This document shows positions 26,656 through 37,508 of a stretch of 43,248 nucleotides of DNA, piece after piece. The translations under genes were made by a program, and so were the position numbers. Each line of letters opens with the position of its first letter. Position 1 is the first letter of the stretch. Source of the DNA: a virus; UHGV virus genome UHGV-0191121, one strand, 5' to 3'. The notes under the pieces are model-generated. The model saw only the letters and a list, made by a program, of their open reading frames with translations. It had not been told where the DNA came from and made no database searches.

Positions 26656-27020
26656 ATTATTCAGAAATACGGCAGATAACCAGTCAATACATAGGCTATC
26701 TTCCTTATGATGAATTAATGAGTTTGACGCCTAATGAATGGAAAGACTGGGTTGTAGGTCGTAGATTGGCGTTACTTGATGAACAAGAAAATTTATTGTT
26801 TGGTGCTCAAGCTAACGGTCTTGTGCAAGCTGGTAAATCACTTAAACGATTACAGAAGCAGTTAGAGCGTGCAAGATACGAAGTACGTGGACAGTCAGAA
26901 GAATACGAACGTATGAAAGAACGTAAGTTAGCACATAACAAACGCATTAGAAATGTTCAGAAACAAGGTACACGACGCTTTATGAATTCATTACGCAATA
27001 CTAGTCAAAAAGGAGGTTAG
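26505..27020 (+). CDS. -1 frame extension producing the gpGT-like fusion chaperone (programmed frameshift product)
   Basis: The -1 frame is open from 26505 (just after a TAG at 26502-26504) through 27020 and overlaps the G ORF. The slippery site TTTTTTC lies at the start of the overlap. Confidence 0.5.
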   Translation, partial: WFFQAEITSILDTNELGSIYGQRRRERVYEERYRVHEEQLQRNHGRATLLDYSEIRQITSQYIGYLPYDELMSLTPNEWKDWVVGRRLALLDEQENLLFGAQANGLVQAGKSLKRLQKQLERARYEVRGQSEEYERMKERKLAHNKRIRNVQKQGTRRFMNSLRNTSQKGG

Positions 27021-27022
27021 CC

Positions 27023-30000
27023 ATGAATAAAAACTTTATGGCTCGTATATCGGCGATCATTACAGATTTCCAACGGAACATCAGAAAAGCTCAACGTATG
27101 GCAAAAACTGAAATACCCGATGAAATCGAAACACAAGTCGATGCGAATATCAGTAAGTTTAAACGAGCCTTAAACACTGCAAAAGCAATGGCTCAACGTT
27201 GGCGTGGACACACCGTTGAAATAGACGGTAACAATAACCCTATCAAACGAGCAATTGCAGTAGTTAAAGAGAAATTACAGCAATTAAGAGATAAAGAAGT
27301 AGACATAAAAGGGAATAACAATCCCTTAAAACGTTCAGTATTAGGTGCTAAGGCTATGTTGGCAACCTTACATGATAAAACGGTAAAAGTTAACTTTGAT
27401 ACAAGGGGAATGACAAGAGCTCAAGTATTAACTAGAGCTTTAAGTCAGTCTTTAGATGAATACGGCGACAAAATGGATAGATTAGCTACTCGTATTCGTA
27501 CATTTGGTACTGTGTTTGGACAACAAATCAAAGGTGTGCTAATCGCTAGTTTTCAAGGTCTTATTCCTATTATAGCTGGTTTAGTACCCGCCATCATGGC
27601 AGTAGCTAACGCATTAGGCGTAGTTGCTGGTGGTGCATTAGGTGTAGCTGGTGCATTTGGTATTGCTGCAAGTGGTGCGTTTGCATTTGGTGCTATGGCG
27701 GTAAGTGCAATTACAATGTTGAATGACGGAACATTACAAGCCACTGCACAAACAAGAAGATATCAAGCATCTTTAGAACAAGTTAAGTCAACTTGGGAAG
27801 GTATTATAAAACAAAACCAAGCTCGAATATTCAATACGTTATCTAACGCTTTAGACACTGTTAACGTAGCTTTAGGGCGTATGAAACCATTCTTAGCAGG
27901 TATTTCTAAAGGAATGGAACAAGCGTCACAGAGCGTCTTAAAATGGGCTCAAAACAGTCAAACTGCGAGTAAGTTCTTTAACATGATGAATACAACAGGT
28001 GTTAAGACATTCAACACATTATTAAGTGCTGCAGGACGCTTTGGTGACGGACTTATTAATGTATTCACTCAATTAGGTCCACTATTCTTATGGACTGCTA
28101 AAGGCTTAGATAATCTAGGTAAAAAGTTCCAAAACTGGGCTAACAGTGTAGCAGGTCAGAACGCTATTAAGTCGTTTATTGAATACACTAAAACTAATTT
28201 ACCTAAAATAGGTCAAATATTTGGCAATGTATTCATGGGTATTGGTAACTTGATGAAAGCATTTGCTCAAAACAGCTCTAATATCTTTGATTGGCTAGTT
28301 AAAATGACTGCTAAGTTTAGAGAATGGTCTGAACAAGTTGGTAAATCTGAAGGGTTTAAAAAGTTTGTTCAATATGTACAAGAGAATGGTCCAGTCATTA
28401 TGGATCTAATCGGTAATATTGTAAGAGTATTGGTTGCATTCGGCACTGCAATGGCTCCAATAGCAAGTGCGATATTAAAAGTAGTAACAGCATTAGCTGG
28501 TTTCATAGCTAAGTTGTTTGAAACACACCCAGCTATAGCTCGAATGGTTGGTATAGGTATGATACTCGGTGGTATGTTGTGGGCTTTACTAGCACCAATC
28601 ATCGCAGTAAGTACAATGCTATCTAATGTGTTCGGTGTAGGTTTAATCCAAGCTATCGGTAAAATGTTAGCTTTTGCTAGAAACACTCAAATACTTAGAA
28701 GTGCATTAAACTTAGTAAAAATAGCTTTCAGGCTCCTTATGAGCCCAATTAGTACAATTATGCGTATCTTACCTATGTTAAGTGGTGCTTTCCAAACATT
28801 GGGTGTAGCTATAGGCGCGATTTCATGGCCTGTATTGGCTATCATAGGCGTTATCGTCGCTTTAATAGGTATTATTGTTTGGTTGTGGAAAACAAATGAG
28901 AATTTCAGAAAAACTTGTGTTGAAGCTTGGAACACAATTAAAGATACGATAATGAACGCTGTAAAAACAGTGATTAACTGGTTTAATCAGTTCAGAGCGT
29001 CTATCGAACAAACGCTACAACCAATTATGCCTATCTTACAAATGTTAGGACAAGTAGCTAACCAAGTTCTTGGTTTCTTATTCATCAGCCTTATCAATGG
29101 TTTAGTAACTGCTTTCCAATTTCTTTGGACTGTGGTTTCAGTAGTATTCACTGCGATAGGTGGAATACTACAAGCTGCTACGCAATTAATTTTCGGTTTG
29201 TTTACTGCATTAATACAGCTCCTTACTGGAGATTTTTCTGGCGCTTGGCAAACATTACAAACTACGATTTCTAATGTAATGACTACGATTTGGAATACCA
29301 TATTGTCAATTTGGAACCAAATTTCTAACTTCATATTCAACGTTTTAAACAGAATACTTGGTACTAATATCACAAGTTGGAATCAAATTTGGTCTGTAAT
29401 TTCAGGCGCAGTTACTAGAATTTGGAACACGGTGTCAAGTTGGTTTTCACGTGTAGTTTCAACCGTTGCTCAAAAAATGATGCAAGCACTCAGTCGTATC
29501 ATTTCTGGTGGTGCACAATGGGTTTCAAGTATCATTTCTGCAATGAGTAGATTTTTACAAGCAGTAGTTAGTGGTTTCTTCAGAGTGGTTGGCGCTGTAG
29601 GAAATGGCATGAGAACTGCATTAAATCGAGCTCGAAGTTTTATTGGAGGTTTCTTTCAAGCAGGTGTTGATATGATAGCTGGAATGATTAGAGGTATCGT
29701 TCAAAAAGCTAAAGATTTAGCAGCAGCTGCATGGAACGCTGCAAAAGGTGCATTGAACGCTGCAAAAAGTGCTTTGGATAGTCATTCTCCTTCTCGTAAA
29801 TTCATACAACTAGGTAATGATAGTATGACTGGATTAGGTATGGGTATCTCTGAATATGCAGGAAAAGCTGCAAGAGAAAGTAAATTAGCGGCGTTAAAAG
29901 TTATGGATGCCTTCAACGCAGACTTAAAACCGGACTTTTTAGAAGAAGGATTGGCTGGTTTAGGAAACTCTTTCGATGCTCATATGAGCAAAGATGTACG

Positions 30001-30127
30001 TCATAGCATGCAAGAGAACAATAAACCTATCGTTAATGTGACTGTTCGCAATGAGTCGGATATACCAGCTATTAAATCTTACATTGAAGATTCCAACTCA
30101 AAAGACGCAAGTTTCGGATTATTTTAA
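27023..30127 (+). CDS. Tail tape measure protein
   Basis: 1034 aa. Long helical Ala/Gly-rich central repeats. Canonical position. Confidence 0.9.
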   Translation: MNKNFMARISAIITDFQRNIRKAQRMAKTEIPDEIETQVDANISKFKRALNTAKAMAQRWRGHTVEIDGNNNPIKRAIAVVKEKLQQLRDKEVDIKGNNNPLKRSVLGAKAMLATLHDKTVKVNFDTRGMTRAQVLTRALSQSLDEYGDKMDRLATRIRTFGTVFGQQIKGVLIASFQGLIPIIAGLVPAIMAVANALGVVAGGALGVAGAFGIAASGAFAFGAMAVSAITMLNDGTLQATAQTRRYQASLEQVKSTWEGIIKQNQARIFNTLSNALDTVNVALGRMKPFLAGISKGMEQASQSVLKWAQNSQTASKFFNMMNTTGVKTFNTLLSAAGRFGDGLINVFTQLGPLFLWTAKGLDNLGKKFQNWANSVAGQNAIKSFIEYTKTNLPKIGQIFGNVFMGIGNLMKAFAQNSSNIFDWLVKMTAKFREWSEQVGKSEGFKKFVQYVQENGPVIMDLIGNIVRVLVAFGTAMAPIASAILKVVTALAGFIAKLFETHPAIARMVGIGMILGGMLWALLAPIIAVSTMLSNVFGVGLIQAIGKMLAFARNTQILRSALNLVKIAFRLLMSPISTIMRILPMLSGAFQTLGVAIGAISWPVLAIIGVIVALIGIIVWLWKTNENFRKTCVEAWNTIKDTIMNAVKTVINWFNQFRASIEQTLQPIMPILQMLGQVANQVLGFLFISLINGLVTAFQFLWTVVSVVFTAIGGILQAATQLIFGLFTALIQLLTGDFSGAWQTLQTTISNVMTTIWNTILSIWNQISNFIFNVLNRILGTNITSWNQIWSVISGAVTRIWNTVSSWFSRVVSTVAQKMMQALSRIISGGAQWVSSIISAMSRFLQAVVSGFFRVVGAVGNGMRTALNRARSFIGGFFQAGVDMIAGMIRGIVQKAKDLAAAAWNAAKGALNAAKSALDSHSPSRKFIQLGNDSMTGLGMGISEYAGKAARESKLAALKVMDAFNADLKPDFLEEGLAGLGNSFDAHMSKDVRHSMQENNKPIVNVTVRNESDIPAIKSYIEDSNSKDASFGLF

Positions 30128-30142
30128 AGGAGTGATTGTTAA

Positions 30143-31081
30143 TTGATATTACATGATGTTGAAGTTTACAAAAATAAAGAACGTTTGCGTATTAGTAACA
30201 ATCGCTTTACTGGTACTGCGTTGAGAGTTGTTTCTTACGATGTTAAAGGTGCAGGCTATGACCGAAAGTTTGATGAAATCGATCGTGTTAACGGTAGATT
30301 TCATAATGCTACTAAAGAAGAAAAGAAAAGTATATCTATGACGGTTAGGTACGATGTAGAAAAGATAGCTTATGCTTCTCATTTAAAAGCGAATATACAA
30401 GCTATGCTAAGAGGTCATTTTTATCTTAGAGAATTAGCAGCGTCTGAAAGTGAAATTAAATTCGAGAATATATTCGAACCTAAGGAACAATCTTTTGAAC
30501 TAGAATATGTTGACGGCAGGCAGATACTTGTTGGCTTAGTTAACGAAGTGTCATTCGATACTACTAAAACGTCAGGTGAATTCACACTAGATTTCGAAAC
30601 GATTGAATTACCATACTTTGAGAGTATTGGGTATAGTACAGATTTAGAAAAAGAGAGTGGTAATTTGAATAAATGGGGTATTCCAGACAAAAACCCGTTC
30701 AACACATCTCATAAAGAACGTAGATACACATTCTATGACACTAAAGTGGGCGATGTATATTACGGTGGTACAGCTGAAATTAACCAATTCAACCAAGATA
30801 GTGTTGTAGAAATGACACTTGGAGAAAATGTCAGTAAAAATGATAGCGATGGTTTTAACTTCTATATGACACATAGTGACATTATGAAAATAAGTGGATT
30901 AGAATTGAGAGCCGGTGATGTTATCAAATTTGACGGCATCCATGTATATCGTAATAACTTACGCATTGATGATTACAATAAGACGAAACAACAACCTGTG
31001 TTAATGCCTGGTTGGAATACTTTCCATACTACTAAGAAACTTCAAAAAATCACGTTTAAACACAAAAGATATTACTTGTAA
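30143..31081 (+). CDS. Distal tail protein (Dit)
   Basis: 312 aa directly after the TMP. TTG start with AAGGAG RBS. Confidence 0.65.
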   Translation: MILHDVEVYKNKERLRISNNRFTGTALRVVSYDVKGAGYDRKFDEIDRVNGRFHNATKEEKKSISMTVRYDVEKIAYASHLKANIQAMLRGHFYLRELAASESEIKFENIFEPKEQSFELEYVDGRQILVGLVNEVSFDTTKTSGEFTLDFETIELPYFESIGYSTDLEKESGNLNKWGIPDKNPFNTSHKERRYTFYDTKVGDVYYGGTAEINQFNQDSVVEMTLGENVSKNDSDGFNFYMTHSDIMKISGLELRAGDVIKFDGIHVYRNNLRIDDYNKTKQQPVLMPGWNTFHTTKKLQKITFKHKRYYL

Positions 31082-31094
31082 GGAGGTTGCTTAA

Positions 31095-32951
31095 TTGCCA
31101 ATATTATTAAAAACGTTACAGGGCATTGGGCAATCCCTACCTGTAGAAACAAAATTAAACGAGAAATTAAATGAAGATGGCTCCTTAGAAATAGAAATGG
31201 TAGAAAACAAAGCTACATTTGACGCTATAGGGGCTATTACTAAAATGTGGACGATTACAGGCGTTGGTGGTGCTGATGACCTAAACGAATACCGTATCGT
31301 TATGTTAGACAAAACAACTGTAGGTCAAAAGGAAAAGTTAACAATCAAAGCGCGTCCTGTTGAATTAGACGACCTAAACAATTTAAGGGTGTACGAAGTA
31401 TATAATGGTAGTTTTACAGGAAAAAGCTACTTTGATTTAGTTTTTAAAGATACTGGATATAAGTACGAATTACACGCTAAGGTTTCATCTTCTAGGTTTG
31501 AAAATCTAGGTAACCACGACACTAATTTAGAATTATTCAAAAAAGGTTTGGAAAGATATAACTTAGAATATGAATATAACGCCAAAACAAAGACGTTTCA
31601 TTTATATGATATTGTTCAAAGAAAAGCTAACTATTACATTAAAGCAGGTGTCAATGCTAATAATGTAAAAGTTCAAGAAGATGCTTCTAAATGTTACACA
31701 TACATTAGAGGGTATGGTGGCTTTGATGAGCAACAAACTTTCAACGAAGCTAGCTTGCAATATGAGTATACACACCCCTTAGCTGACTTAATAGGCAAAC
31801 GCCATGCACCACCTGTTATAGATGGACGCATAACTAAAGGGGATACACTGAAAAAAGCTATGGAGTTAGTTATACAAGAAAGTTTAAAAACGTCTGTAAC
31901 ACTAGATTTCATTTCTTTGCAAAAACATTTTAAAGAAGCAGTACCTAGAGTTGGAGATATTGTGAATGTAGTTGACGATTTAATAGGGTTAAATGAATTT
32001 GTTAGAATTATCGAAATTACTACTCATAGAGATATTTACAATAAAATTATCAAGCAAGACGTAGTAATTGGAGAATTTAGATTACAAGATAGATATATGA
32101 AAGCAGTAAATACTGCTGCAAATTATGTTAAAGCTATTAAATCTAACAAATCTGATCCTGCGAAAGATTTACGGTCAATGCAAGCACAAACACAAGCTAA
32201 CACTAAAACAACACAAGATTTACAAAAGAAAACCGATGACATTAAAAAGAGATTAGAAAGCGCACATGCTAAAAGTGTTACAACTGCAAATGGTACGATT
32301 GTTCACGACTTTACACCTAAGTCTAAAATTAGGAAAGTTAAAACAATAGGTACTATTGGAGATTCAGTAGCTAAAGGTACTGGTGCTAAAACTAACTTTA
32401 CGCAAATGTTAGCTAAGAAGATAAAAGCTAAATCAACAAACTTAGCTGTTAGTGGTGCGACAATAAGCACAAACAAAGATAATAGCATTTATGAACAAGC
32501 AACTAAAATTAAAGGTGATTTAATCATTGTTCAAGGTACAGATGATGATTGGACAAATGATATTAAGATAGGCACTGATAAAACGGACATTAAAACGTTT
32601 TACGGTGCCTTTTATAGTGCCATTTCTAAAATTAAGAGTAATAACCCTAAATCAAAAATAATCGTCATGACACCTACAAAACAGTGTTATATAAAAGACG
32701 GTAAGGTTGTCCGAAAAGACACCACTAAGAACGATTTAGGTTACACGTTAGCTGACTATGTAGACGTTCAAATAGACGCTTGTAATGAGTTAGATATACC
32801 TGTGTATGACGCTTATCACTCAACACAATTCAAACCCAATATACCTTCATACAGAAAATCGAGCATGCCTGACGGTGTACACCCTAACGAAAAAGGGCAC
32901 GAAGTCATTATGTATGAACTAGTTAAAAACTTTTACGGTTTTTATGGCTAA
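31095..32951 (+). CDS. Tail-associated protein (Tal) with C-terminal SGNH/GDSL hydrolase domain
   Basis: N-terminal Tal-like region. C-terminal GTIGDSVAKGTG ... VQGTDDDW ... DGVHPN blocks of an SGNH esterase. TTG start. Confidence 0.7.
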   Translation: MPILLKTLQGIGQSLPVETKLNEKLNEDGSLEIEMVENKATFDAIGAITKMWTITGVGGADDLNEYRIVMLDKTTVGQKEKLTIKARPVELDDLNNLRVYEVYNGSFTGKSYFDLVFKDTGYKYELHAKVSSSRFENLGNHDTNLELFKKGLERYNLEYEYNAKTKTFHLYDIVQRKANYYIKAGVNANNVKVQEDASKCYTYIRGYGGFDEQQTFNEASLQYEYTHPLADLIGKRHAPPVIDGRITKGDTLKKAMELVIQESLKTSVTLDFISLQKHFKEAVPRVGDIVNVVDDLIGLNEFVRIIEITTHRDIYNKIIKQDVVIGEFRLQDRYMKAVNTAANYVKAIKSNKSDPAKDLRSMQAQTQANTKTTQDLQKKTDDIKKRLESAHAKSVTTANGTIVHDFTPKSKIRKVKTIGTIGDSVAKGTGAKTNFTQMLAKKIKAKSTNLAVSGATISTNKDNSIYEQATKIKGDLIIVQGTDDDWTNDIKIGTDKTDIKTFYGAFYSAISKIKSNNPKSKIIVMTPTKQCYIKDGKVVRKDTTKNDLGYTLADYVDVQIDACNELDIPVYDAYHSTQFKPNIPSYRKSSMPDGVHPNEKGHEVIMYELVKNFYGFYG

Positions 32952-32965
32952 GGAGGTCAAAAACT

Positions 32966-35632
32966 TTGAAATTAGACAATTTAATTACGAAACTTCACTC
33001 GTACTTTAGTCAAAAGTTTGTAAGTCAACTTGAAAACAACTTCGAACAAATAAAATACTGGACTAATAAAAGTGATGATAGCTTTAACGAGCATTTAACC
33101 ACTCAAAAAAATGCACATACAACTGAACAAATCAAACACAAAACTACAAAAGGTCAAGATGTTGTCTTATCCAATCATGAGAACTTTCAAGACGAACTTA
33201 TTGAACATCTTGTGTTAGGTCATAATGGCGACGGTAACAATGAATTAAAAGCAAGTCACACATCAATGGACGCTCAAAGTTTCGATTCTTTACATCAACG
33301 TCTATATCACGACTTTTTAAGAGAAAGTAATGCTAGAGAAGAACTAAGAGCAGACTTAACTAAAAAAATACAACGTATTGTTAATGTTGACGACTTTGGT
33401 GGAGATCCCACAGGTCAAAAGGACAGTACAAAAGCTTTCCAAGATGCATTAGGCAACGGTAACGTACAAGTAACCATGAGTGGTGGTACTTACCTTACAA
33501 CAGGTATTAAAATGCCTAACAACTCTCGTTTAGTTGGACAAGGTAAAGACATTACTACAATTAAATTTATGGACGAAACACCTGCAGAAAACATTGGTAT
33601 TACTAATTTAAAAATGAGTGGTAGTGCAGAGAATATCTCATTAGAAAGTTTTTCTTTTAACGGAAATAAGTTTAGACAAAACAAAACATTAAAAGCATCC
33701 GGTGGTTCTCGCTCATCTAACATTAGATTTGCAGGTGTAACTAACGGTTACATTTACAACGTTAAGTCGTATGACGCTTTACTTCACTGTATCGACGTAA
33801 CATATGCAAACGACAATTATTATTACGAGGGTGACGGCAATCGCGTACCTTACTCGTTAGAAAGTAAACATATATTCATTGATAATTGTGAGGCGTATGG
33901 TTGTGGAGATGACGGTATTACTACCCACCATTCTCGTTACATCACAATTTCTAATTCCTATGCGCACACTCCAACTGGAGGGAGCAATAATAACGGTATA
34001 GAAATTGACGACGGCTCGCAATATGTTTTCTTATCGAATAACCGAACTAAAGGCAACTTTGGTGGGTTAGAAATTAAAGCGCATAGTAACGCAAGTGCAG
34101 CAAGTGGTGTGTTTGTTAACGGCCATGTATCAATCGAAGATACAAGAGCGTACAACATTAGACATATCGGACATCATAATGCTAAAACAGATTCTAAAAG
34201 TTTAACTGCATATGATGTTTCGCTTAATAACTGTTTAGCGCTTAACCCTAAATTCAATGGCGTTTATCCAGGGTCTACTCCAAGAGCATTAGTAATCAGT
34301 GCATATAGAAATGTATCTGTAAACAACTTCACAGCTATAGGTACTAGTGATTTTGGCATATTAGAAGATGGAAAACTAGACAAAAAACAACCTGCTATTG
34401 CTGTTCAATTCATGGCAGAAAACATCTCGTTCAACAACATCAATGTTCGTAACTTTAAAAATGCAGACGTTGATATTAGATTGTTCGGTGGAAGTAATAG
34501 ACCGTCAAGAGTATCACTTAACAATATCAATATTTGGAATTCATCAAATAACATCGGTATTGGCGTAGGCGGAAGTATTAATAATACCAAAATTACTAAC
34601 TGCAACTTACATGGTAATGGTTCGGGTATCGGATTACGATTAACTAACAACCATGCAATAGTCAATGGTGTTACATCAGACAATTACTCCACACCAGCTT
34701 GGATAGCAGGTGAAAAATACGACACTGCTCCTACAGTTGGAAAAGGTGGTGCAAGTATTGCAACCACTGGTAGTGCAGGTGTAGCGAATACAAGCGCAGT
34801 TATTGCGTCAACAGGTGGTTCAAAAGCATATAGTAGTCGTAGTTTTGTCTTAGGTTCAGGTGCTAAATCTAAAGCTTATGGATCTCGTAGTGGTATTATC
34901 AACGCACTTAATTCCGAAACAGATAAGTCAGGACATACGCAACTAATCCTTAATAGTAACAGGGTTAAATCTCCAGGAAACTATCACGTTGTTGGTGGTT
35001 ATGGCTCAAAAGGTGGTCCTTCAACTTCAAATATCAAGTTTGATTTAAGCACATACTCTGGAAACCTTACTTTAGCAGGTCAACTTAAACAAGATAGTGC
35101 CGATATCGCAGAGTTATTTGAGTCACAAAATGGATTAGCAATTGATTTAGGAACTATCGTTACTTTAGACGGAGATAAAATAAGAAAAGCACAACCTAGC
35201 GACGAGCCTATTGGTGTTATTTCTGGCACTGCTGCATTAGTCGCTAATGAAAAAACATTCCACCATAAAGACAGATTCTTAAAGAACGAATACGGTGTAA
35301 CAATTACAAACAGAAAACAAGTTGAGTTTGTAGACGATGAGGGCAACGTTTCATTCGAATGGCGTGATGTACCAGTAGAAAACCCTGATTATGACGATAG
35401 CATTAGTTACGAATCTCGTTCAGAAAGACCTGAATGGAATGTAGTCGGATTATTAGGCCAAATCTACACAAACATTGAAAAAGACGTTATACCAGGTGAC
35501 TATATCAATGGTAGAGCAGGTGTGGGTTACAAAGATAATGTAAATGGTAAAGGTAGAGTCATGAAGATAACTTCTGAATACACTGAAGAACGTGGCTGTG
35601 CAATAGCATTAGTATTGTGGGGTGCTAAATAA
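32966..35632 (+). CDS. Tail fiber / tailspike with right-handed beta-helix (pectate-lyase-like) domain and Gly-rich C-terminal region
   Basis: 888 aa. Repeated N-rich beta-helix rungs (NGIEIDDGSQYVFLSNN, NIRFAGVTNGYIYN...). Gly/Ser-rich segment 590-690. TTG start. Confidence 0.7.
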   Translation: MKLDNLITKLHSYFSQKFVSQLENNFEQIKYWTNKSDDSFNEHLTTQKNAHTTEQIKHKTTKGQDVVLSNHENFQDELIEHLVLGHNGDGNNELKASHTSMDAQSFDSLHQRLYHDFLRESNAREELRADLTKKIQRIVNVDDFGGDPTGQKDSTKAFQDALGNGNVQVTMSGGTYLTTGIKMPNNSRLVGQGKDITTIKFMDETPAENIGITNLKMSGSAENISLESFSFNGNKFRQNKTLKASGGSRSSNIRFAGVTNGYIYNVKSYDALLHCIDVTYANDNYYYEGDGNRVPYSLESKHIFIDNCEAYGCGDDGITTHHSRYITISNSYAHTPTGGSNNNGIEIDDGSQYVFLSNNRTKGNFGGLEIKAHSNASAASGVFVNGHVSIEDTRAYNIRHIGHHNAKTDSKSLTAYDVSLNNCLALNPKFNGVYPGSTPRALVISAYRNVSVNNFTAIGTSDFGILEDGKLDKKQPAIAVQFMAENISFNNINVRNFKNADVDIRLFGGSNRPSRVSLNNINIWNSSNNIGIGVGGSINNTKITNCNLHGNGSGIGLRLTNNHAIVNGVTSDNYSTPAWIAGEKYDTAPTVGKGGASIATTGSAGVANTSAVIASTGGSKAYSSRSFVLGSGAKSKAYGSRSGIINALNSETDKSGHTQLILNSNRVKSPGNYHVVGGYGSKGGPSTSNIKFDLSTYSGNLTLAGQLKQDSADIAELFESQNGLAIDLGTIVTLDGDKIRKAQPSDEPIGVISGTAALVANEKTFHHKDRFLKNEYGVTITNRKQVEFVDDEGNVSFEWRDVPVENPDYDDSISYESRSERPEWNVVGLLGQIYTNIEKDVIPGDYINGRAGVGYKDNVNGKGRVMKITSEYTEERGCAIALVLWGAK

Positions 35633-37164
35633 TGGAATTAGAAAAAGTAGGTAAACTCGATTTAAATGAAGAACCATATTTACAACTGATATCTAATAGA
35701 GGTATCGGTTTTTATAATCTCGATAAAAACACCGCTAAATTTCAATTTGTAGTACAAAAAGATAACAAACCTTTGTTAATCAGTGACAAAAACGTTAAGG
35801 GTTATGCTTTCTTTAAAGCTACAAACGGAACAGAAGAAAAACGACCTAGTACATCAGGTGTATTAGACGTAGAATTCATTGATCCGATGAAAGGATTGAT
35901 AGGTGTTACGGTGCCTCAATGGTTTTTAAAAAACGTTGTCGATTCTGAAGTGTTGGGTGAAATTTACTTATCACTCAATGATGTAAACAATGTAGGAAAT
36001 GACGACACTGTTGTATTAGGTACTTTTAAATTTACAGTACGTGATAGTCTTATTAATCAAATAGAAAGTGATATCAAAGTATCTTACATTCGTATGTTTG
36101 ATGACTTACGCACAGAATTAGAAAAGAAAGTGCAACAACTCAAACAAGATATAGGCGATACACAAACGCTGATTGAATCTATTAAGCAAACAGCTGAAGA
36201 ATATCTCGTTAAAATAAACAAGGCTCAAGCAGACGCTCTTATTGCCATTACAGACGCGTTACTTACTTCTAATCAAAGTATCGATTTAGAAAGAGAAGAA
36301 GCTTTAAGACAAATAGATGCTAAACGTGACGCTATCAAGACAGATTATGATTTGGCTTCTGATACGTTCAAAAAAACTTATGATAGCAATGTAGACGCTT
36401 TTAATACAAATGTTAATCAGGCTAACACAACAATTGACGAAAAACTACAAACATTCAACGAAACTCTTGAAAGAGATGGTTTTACTACCCCTGAATATGT
36501 AGAAAATAAGTTTACAGAAAAGAATTGGCAAAAATTTAAATTAACAAATGATGATGGCACTAACTTTTATGACTCTAGCTTACAAATAGATTTCGATAAT
36601 AATGAACAATTAACTGCTTTACCTATTGGCACACGATATGTTGCTTTAACACTAAACAACCCTCCTGAAACTAACAACAATGGTTGGTTAACGAAGTTAA
36701 AAAGAGGTGATGACGCAATACTAATACGTTATCAACCTTACAATTCAACCGTTATATACCAAAAAAGATTTTACAAAACGTGGAGTGGTTGGGAGCGTGT
36801 TGGTTCAGATGTTGTAGATACTGGTTGGATTGATTTGCAACTAGTAAATAGTGCATCCCCTCATAATGATTTAGTTTCTAAAGGTGGTTTCACTAGTGCG
36901 TATAGAACAATTACTCAAAATGGTATTACTAGAAAAATGATACGCATTAATGCAACAACTATCAAACACGGTCAAACTATTGCGATGTTACCAAAAGAGT
37001 TTGTTAGAAACTTAGTATTTTTCTCAATTAGTGCACCTAGAAATAAAAATAATGGACGTATTTCGTTGAACACGTCAGGAACGGTGAACTTTGATGCTAC
37101 TGTAGATCCTAGCGCATGGACTGATACAGATTATATCTATGGTCAATACGAATGGACGGAGTGA
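35632..37164 (+). CDS. Tail fiber / putative receptor-binding protein
   Basis: 510 aa. N-terminal fibre region, central coiled coil, C-terminal globular domain. Position relative to the baseplate genes. Confidence 0.55.
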   Translation: MELEKVGKLDLNEEPYLQLISNRGIGFYNLDKNTAKFQFVVQKDNKPLLISDKNVKGYAFFKATNGTEEKRPSTSGVLDVEFIDPMKGLIGVTVPQWFLKNVVDSEVLGEIYLSLNDVNNVGNDDTVVLGTFKFTVRDSLINQIESDIKVSYIRMFDDLRTELEKKVQQLKQDIGDTQTLIESIKQTAEEYLVKINKAQADALIAITDALLTSNQSIDLEREEALRQIDAKRDAIKTDYDLASDTFKKTYDSNVDAFNTNVNQANTTIDEKLQTFNETLERDGFTTPEYVENKFTEKNWQKFKLTNDDGTNFYDSSLQIDFDNNEQLTALPIGTRYVALTLNNPPETNNNGWLTKLKRGDDAILIRYQPYNSTVIYQKRFYKTWSGWERVGSDVVDTGWIDLQLVNSASPHNDLVSKGGFTSAYRTITQNGITRKMIRINATTIKHGQTIAMLPKEFVRNLVFFSISAPRNKNNGRISLNTSGTVNFDATVDPSAWTDTDYIYGQYEWTE

Positions 37165-37168
37165 TGAA

Positions 37169-37507
37169 ATGAAAGTAGTTTATTTATGGAAAAACGGACA
37201 AGCTGTTATCGTCTATAAAAATGAAGAAGATGAATATGTTTATCCGAATGAAAAATGGACAGATAACAAGCCTCCACAAGGTATTATCTTGCCTTGCTAT
37301 TACGACGGCAAGCAATGGGTAGGTCAAACTGAAGAAGAATTAGCGAAGTCACTGCCTAAAATAGAAACTCCTGTCGATAATAAAGATATAGCTATAGCCG
37401 AACTAACAAATCTAGTAGTTGATTTACAAGAAGAAGTGAACGATTTAAAACAAACTATTGCTCGTTTGACAGAAGAACAAGCAAACCAAAAATTGGGGGA
37501 ATCTTAA
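37169..37507 (+). CDS. DUF2977-like tail-module protein (paralog of 41634..41978)
   Basis: Shares KWT..KPP.GI..PC..DG..W.G.T.EE segment with 41634..41978. C-terminal coiled coil. Confidence 0.5.
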   Translation: MKVVYLWKNGQAVIVYKNEEDEYVYPNEKWTDNKPPQGIILPCYYDGKQWVGQTEEELAKSLPKIETPVDNKDIAIAELTNLVVDLQEEVNDLKQTIARLTEEQANQKLGES

Positions 37508-37508
37508 T

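Noticed and set aside
27553-29373. Several minus-strand ORFs (63-128 aa) inside the tape measure gene, and Ala/Gly-rich periodicity that looks repeat-like
   Set aside because: They are antisense to a long, well-supported coding region. Their composition (Ala/Ile/Pro runs) mirrors TMP codons. The periodicity is the helical repeat of TMP, not a CRISPR or tandem repeat array.
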